From NCBI GenBank assembly GCA_964016885.1, contig OZ024755.1:8494001-8558000 (forward strand): a stretch of 64,000 nt of DNA, given 5' to 3'. Shown here one piece after another: positions 59,409-64,000 of this stretch; the first letter of the stretch is position 1; the number at the start of each line of letters is the position of its first letter. The stretch comes from Eledone cirrhosa. Its lineage: Eukaryota. Made by a program: the position numbers and the translations under genes. The notes beneath the pieces were generated by a model. It did no database searches. It saw only the letters and a program-made list of their open reading frames with translations, and had not been told where the DNA came from.

Positions 59409-59670
59409 TATCATTCAATTATTTAATACGCCTCACAGCACAGTAAAATAAATGTTCATCTAGAAATATTTTTATGACAACGAAGCCCCATAAATTGGGT
59501 TTATATAAACATAACAATGTGTTTTAGCAAGTCCCTGTTCTCTCATCTCCATTCTCTTACGTTATATACATGAATATATATGCATATATATGCACATATT
59601 TATATATAGCCATATATATCTATATCTATCTATCTCTATATATATATGCATATTATATATATATATATGC

Positions 59671-59709
<39 letters not shown>

Positions 59710-60168
59710 TGCTATGGCATTCTCAATTACGAAGTCCATTGTAGCGATGAGCTCCAGTAATCTTGTTTATTTGCTCTATTATCTTTAGTTTTTGTTGAGC
59801 TGCTTTCTATTCTATACTCAGTAATATATAACACGAAAGTGTAGAACAACCTGACATTGACACCAACACCCACAGAATAATAACAAAGCTAATGATAATA
59901 ATAGTAGGACTACTACTACCACTACTACTATGACTACTACTACTACTGCTGTTGCTACTACCAATGATAATAATAACAATGAGAAATATTTATTAAGGTG
60001 TACAAACAATACTCATTGTTCCAGCTTTCTATTAAGCGATCAGTAGATAGTATCAGCAATGGAAATGCCAATAGAAACGTTGTTACTTTGGTACGATTTG
60101 ATGAGTTCCACCCAACTCAGTTAGAGAATGAGGTATAGGATCTTGTTGTCGCTAGAGACAGAAAAAAG

Positions 60169-60224
<56 letters not shown>

Positions 60225-60227
60225 TAT

Positions 60228-60350
60228 AAGGGATAACAAAATATCGTTATAGGTAATCCAGTTAGAGGTTGTGAATACTTCGTATTGTGGATAGTTTTAA
60301 CGTACGGTGTTGTTTGCCTCAACAAGAGCTTTCCGTAGGTGGCGAGTTTA
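60228..60350 (-). mobile_element. Family D 3' fragment in (TA)n
   Basis: Reverse complement of about 16881-17005. Confidence 0.75.
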
Positions 60351-62714
60351 TATATATATATAGAGTTTGTTTTGTGAAAAATGATTAGGGGCCACTACTG
60401 ATATGGTGTGTAGACTCTTGCAAACTAATCAAGTTTTTATATATGTTAGAATCATGTATAAACTTTTTCAGATTAGCTATGTATTTATGCCGAGATGTAG
60501 ACGTTATGTATACATCCTTGTAATCTATATATTTAGAAGGAAATGTGCGCATCATGTATACGTAATTGCCAATTGGCTGTATATATTTTTAACAATATAT
60601 GGACATTACCTATAAACCCGTGCAAGTTAAATATGCCCATATAAGATGTAAGCGCTATATATATACACACTTGTAGGTTGTATACATATAACACAGCTGC
60701 AATCTAACTATGGGAATACTTTGTATAATAATGTAAACCTGTTACTATATATTACGATATTTAACTCATATATTCTATATGTTTATGAAGATGATGTGGG
60801 GATAATGTATACGCATTATGTGTTATATATACACAGTGGTTGCGATGTTTTTTGCCAACTGCATGAGCTAAATGTTCTGTTGCAGGGTATGCATATATGA
60901 GATGTGTACGCAATGCCGTGGTCCCACGGCTGTGTTCACTAAAATACGAAAGGGCTTGTCATTAAAGTCTGCCACTATTTCAGGATTCTAAACCTTTAAC
61001 TTTAATATATCGTATTTTCTATTAAATAGCATATAGTCGTTGTTTTCATAAAGGACAATAAAGTGTATATATATTCTTTCCTTTAAGTTGGTGGAATGTG
61101 TATACGCCTCTCTATAATATTTCAGTTCGTATTGTGACATATCAAGTTTAAGGAGTCCCTACAAGACTCTCAATTAGAGGTATGATAATAAAATATCATG
61201 TTTATTAGTTTTTCACAATCATTTAAGTAATATAGGAATATAACAAATGCAATCTCCATACATGTTCTGTTATATTTAAATAGAATTGGTGTCATATAAA
61301 ACAAACCTGATTTCATGAGCTGAGTCTGAACATGGTAACTGTAAAGTCCTCTTGCATGCTGAGTATTCATATATAATAAGATGTTATTGCGAAACCGGGT
61401 AGAACACCAACCAAACATGATAGAAATACTTTAGTCAACATTATATCTATTGTCCTTAGAATACACTATAGAATGTAATGAATCATTGTGGAATGGGACT
61501 AAAGTATAATAGTGAATTCACTGAACGAGAAGAATAGCTAAAGTTTGATCGCAAAATTGCGAATATTTCTAATCAAAAGGAAACTAATAAAAACTAATAA
61601 CAACAAACGATGCCAAAACAACAAGGCTCTCTCTCCTCTATTAATGGTTTTCTGTTGTTGACTGAAAGGCTAATAAAAACCTGCCAGTCTAGAAGCCTGC
61701 ATGTCAATTGGAACATAGGAAAACTATTAGTCGAAACAAAGTAGTAAAACGGTTTAGAGTAAAATGTAGGAAGAAAAAAAAGGAAAAATAACGAAAACGA
61801 AGATAAAGTAGAGTGACACTTTTAGCTCACAACGACAACGTGGAACAACATTCAAACACACACGCATTATAGTAATTTGGATAGGTCATCCAGCCAACGA
61901 TTGTGTATGTGTGTATACGTACAGAGAGACAAGTAAGCACTTTCGTTCACTATATATAGAGTGCACCCGTCTTAAATAAATAAACTCATGCCTGTATGTG
62001 TACATTCACAGATACATACGCATGTCAATATGTGTGCACATGCATCTGTGTATATGTGCATATGCATGTGTGTGTATCTTTGTGTGTGAATACGGAGATA
62101 CATACTTGTGTGTATATAAGGCGGTGAATAGCGAGAATCTTTAGAGAGCGGAACAAATTTCCTGGCAGTATTTGTTTCGGTTAATTACGTTGTGAGTATA
62201 AATTGTAGAGGTTAAATTTTCCTTTCATCCTTTCAATGGATTGGCGGGATTATTGGAGTGTTGAATAAAATGCTTAGCAGAGTTGTTTTGTCCCTTGCGA
62301 CAACACCGATACCAACCAAGCAGCGTCGGTATTTACCTTTCCATTGGAAAACATCGGACACATGAAAAGGGGGAAGAGTTTGCTTCAGGAACAATTGTGG
62401 GTATTTCATATAAAAACCGAACACTTGTCCAGGCCATAAGCGTAGACAGAAACTTTCCATGAGTAATTACCTGGTCATGTCTCATTGTCAGACTCCTCTA
62501 AAACACACATGCACGCACACGCCCACGCACGCGTGCAAGGACGTACGGTCGAGCGTGCATATATATGATATCTGTCTCTGTGTGAGTGTGCAGGGGTGTG
62601 TTTGCGAGTTAGCGCATTTACTAAGAGAAAAGAGTCATGGAGCCAAATCATACTTTGATAATATATACGTGTTCCATGATGCATATCCTGCTTATTTTTT
62701 TCAGTATAATTAAG

Positions 62715-63050
62715 AAAGTTCGCGTCGTAATCATTAGATTAATGTTTCGATCCCATTGCATGGCATCATGGTTGTATGTCAGTTACCATGATTTTGGGTC
62801 GACCTATGACTTGTGAGTGAAATTGTATAGACAGAAACCTCTTAGAAGCTCATCAGATGGACTGTGCCATTAATCTGAGGTAGCCGGATTTTTCACATAC
62901 TTTGTGTTGTGCTGAAACTCCCTGAAAACTACATTAAAGGTACATCACGTTTCTGGAGAATCCTCAGGTATTTATACATTAATGTCATGACATAGCTATT
63001 CCGTTGATCGAAAATCTGGAACACTTGTCAGAATCAATGGAATTCCAACA
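62715..63050 (+). mobile_element. Old SINE remnant(s)
   Basis: gtttcgatcccattgcatggca...cttgtgagtgaaattgtatagacagaaac; 3' part ccgttgatcgaaa. Confidence 0.55.
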
Positions 63051-63098
63051 ATATCAACAATATATGTATATATGTGAGTGAGTGGGCGTGTGAGAGAG

Positions 63099-63147
<49 letters not shown>

Positions 63148-63152
<5 letters not shown>

Positions 63153-63352
63153 AACGAGTAGGACCCCGACGGCTGAGCTCAAGCCGTTTCGATGGCTAAT
63201 TCTGGACGCAGAATTAGCCAAAATTAGCCATTGAAACGGCTTGAGCTCAGCGCTCGGGGTCCTACTCGTTCCTATTACCCACTCTACTACCCTAAGTATT
63301 GAGTACTTTGGTGCGTTATGGTCCATCTGGTTCTTTACCACATTTCCTTCGT

Positions 63353-63354
<2 letters not shown>
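63148..63354 (+). mobile_element. Fold-back element, family B copy 3
   Basis: Arms 63148-63204 / 63209-63275, with a 10-nt duplication aaattagcca; tail to 63354. Confidence 0.88.
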
Positions 63355-63387
<33 letters not shown>

Positions 63388-63392
<5 letters not shown>

Positions 63393-63504
63393 GAAGTGTG
63401 GTAAGGAACCTGGTGGACCATAACGCACCAGAGTAGTCAATACATAGGGTAGTAGAGTGGGTAATAGGAAAATGTTCAAGACCCCGACGGAACATTTTTC
63501 CTAT
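63388..63504 (-). mobile_element. Family B copy 4, collapsed hairpin, tail-to-tail with copy 3
   Basis: Tail matches family B; residual inverted repeat ataggaaaatgttc / gaacatttttcctat. Confidence 0.8.
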
Positions 63505-63520
63505 ATATATATATATATAT

Positions 63521-63724
63521 AGAAAAACCACAGACCCTCCATCTCAACTCTATTTTTGAAAAGCAGAAGAACTCCGAAACCGGTAAAGGAACCAAATAAA
63601 TATATATATTTTTTTTTTAAATAAGACTCCAGTTGCATTTTCGATTTCATCTTTTTTTCTTTATACTTTCACTCGTGTAGGACACCTCGGTTATTTTTCA
63701 TTTTGTAAAAAACTTCACTTTCTA
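63521..63724 (+). mobile_element. Family C copy 2, single arm plus tail
   Basis: Matches 48261-48462. Confidence 0.85.
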
Positions 63725-63972
63725 ATATATATATATATATATATACCAATATATATAACAATATATAACTATATATATATACCAATATATATAACAATAT
63801 ATATATACCAATATATATAACAATATATATATACCAATATATATAACAATATATATATACCAATATATATAACAATATATATATATATTGGTATATATAT
63901 ATCAATATATATATACCAATATATATATACCAATATATATAACAATATATAACTATATATATATATATATAT
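63725..63972. repeat. ~26-bp TA-rich tandem repeat (accaatatatataacaatatatatat)
   Basis: Read directly; one inverted unit tattggtata near 63886. Confidence 0.9.
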
Positions 63973-64000
63973 TTGCGGGGACAAAATCGTCGTAACGTCA

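Overview
This is AT-rich, non-coding eukaryotic DNA (intronic or intergenic). The huge compound (TA)n microsatellites and the tRNA-derived SINE types resemble those I recall from Octopus/coleoid cephalopod genomes; the species call is inference. No intact protein-coding gene is supported, and nearly every ORF in the track is a translated microsatellite. The window holds about 15 SINE copies (several with clear TSDs), a decayed RTE-type LINE 3' fragment, a probable non-autonomous Helitron end, a 19 x 40-bp minisatellite grown inside a SINE, and many simple repeats. The most notable content is a set of at least 7 families of short (90-450 bp) elements inserted in (TA)n runs. Several carry type-I hammerhead ribozyme (HHR) folds with palindromic minimal stem III. 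Many are 5' fold-back hairpins with an unpaired 3' tail. Their inverted arms end at a fixed internal TA, and their tails share an ACTC...GAGT(G/A)CT stem-loop. One related element has a tRNA-like domain between 100-bp direct repeats. The pattern fits a diverse set of non-autonomous Penelope-like (PLE)/retrozyme-type elements. All folds were paired by eye; none were computed or tested.
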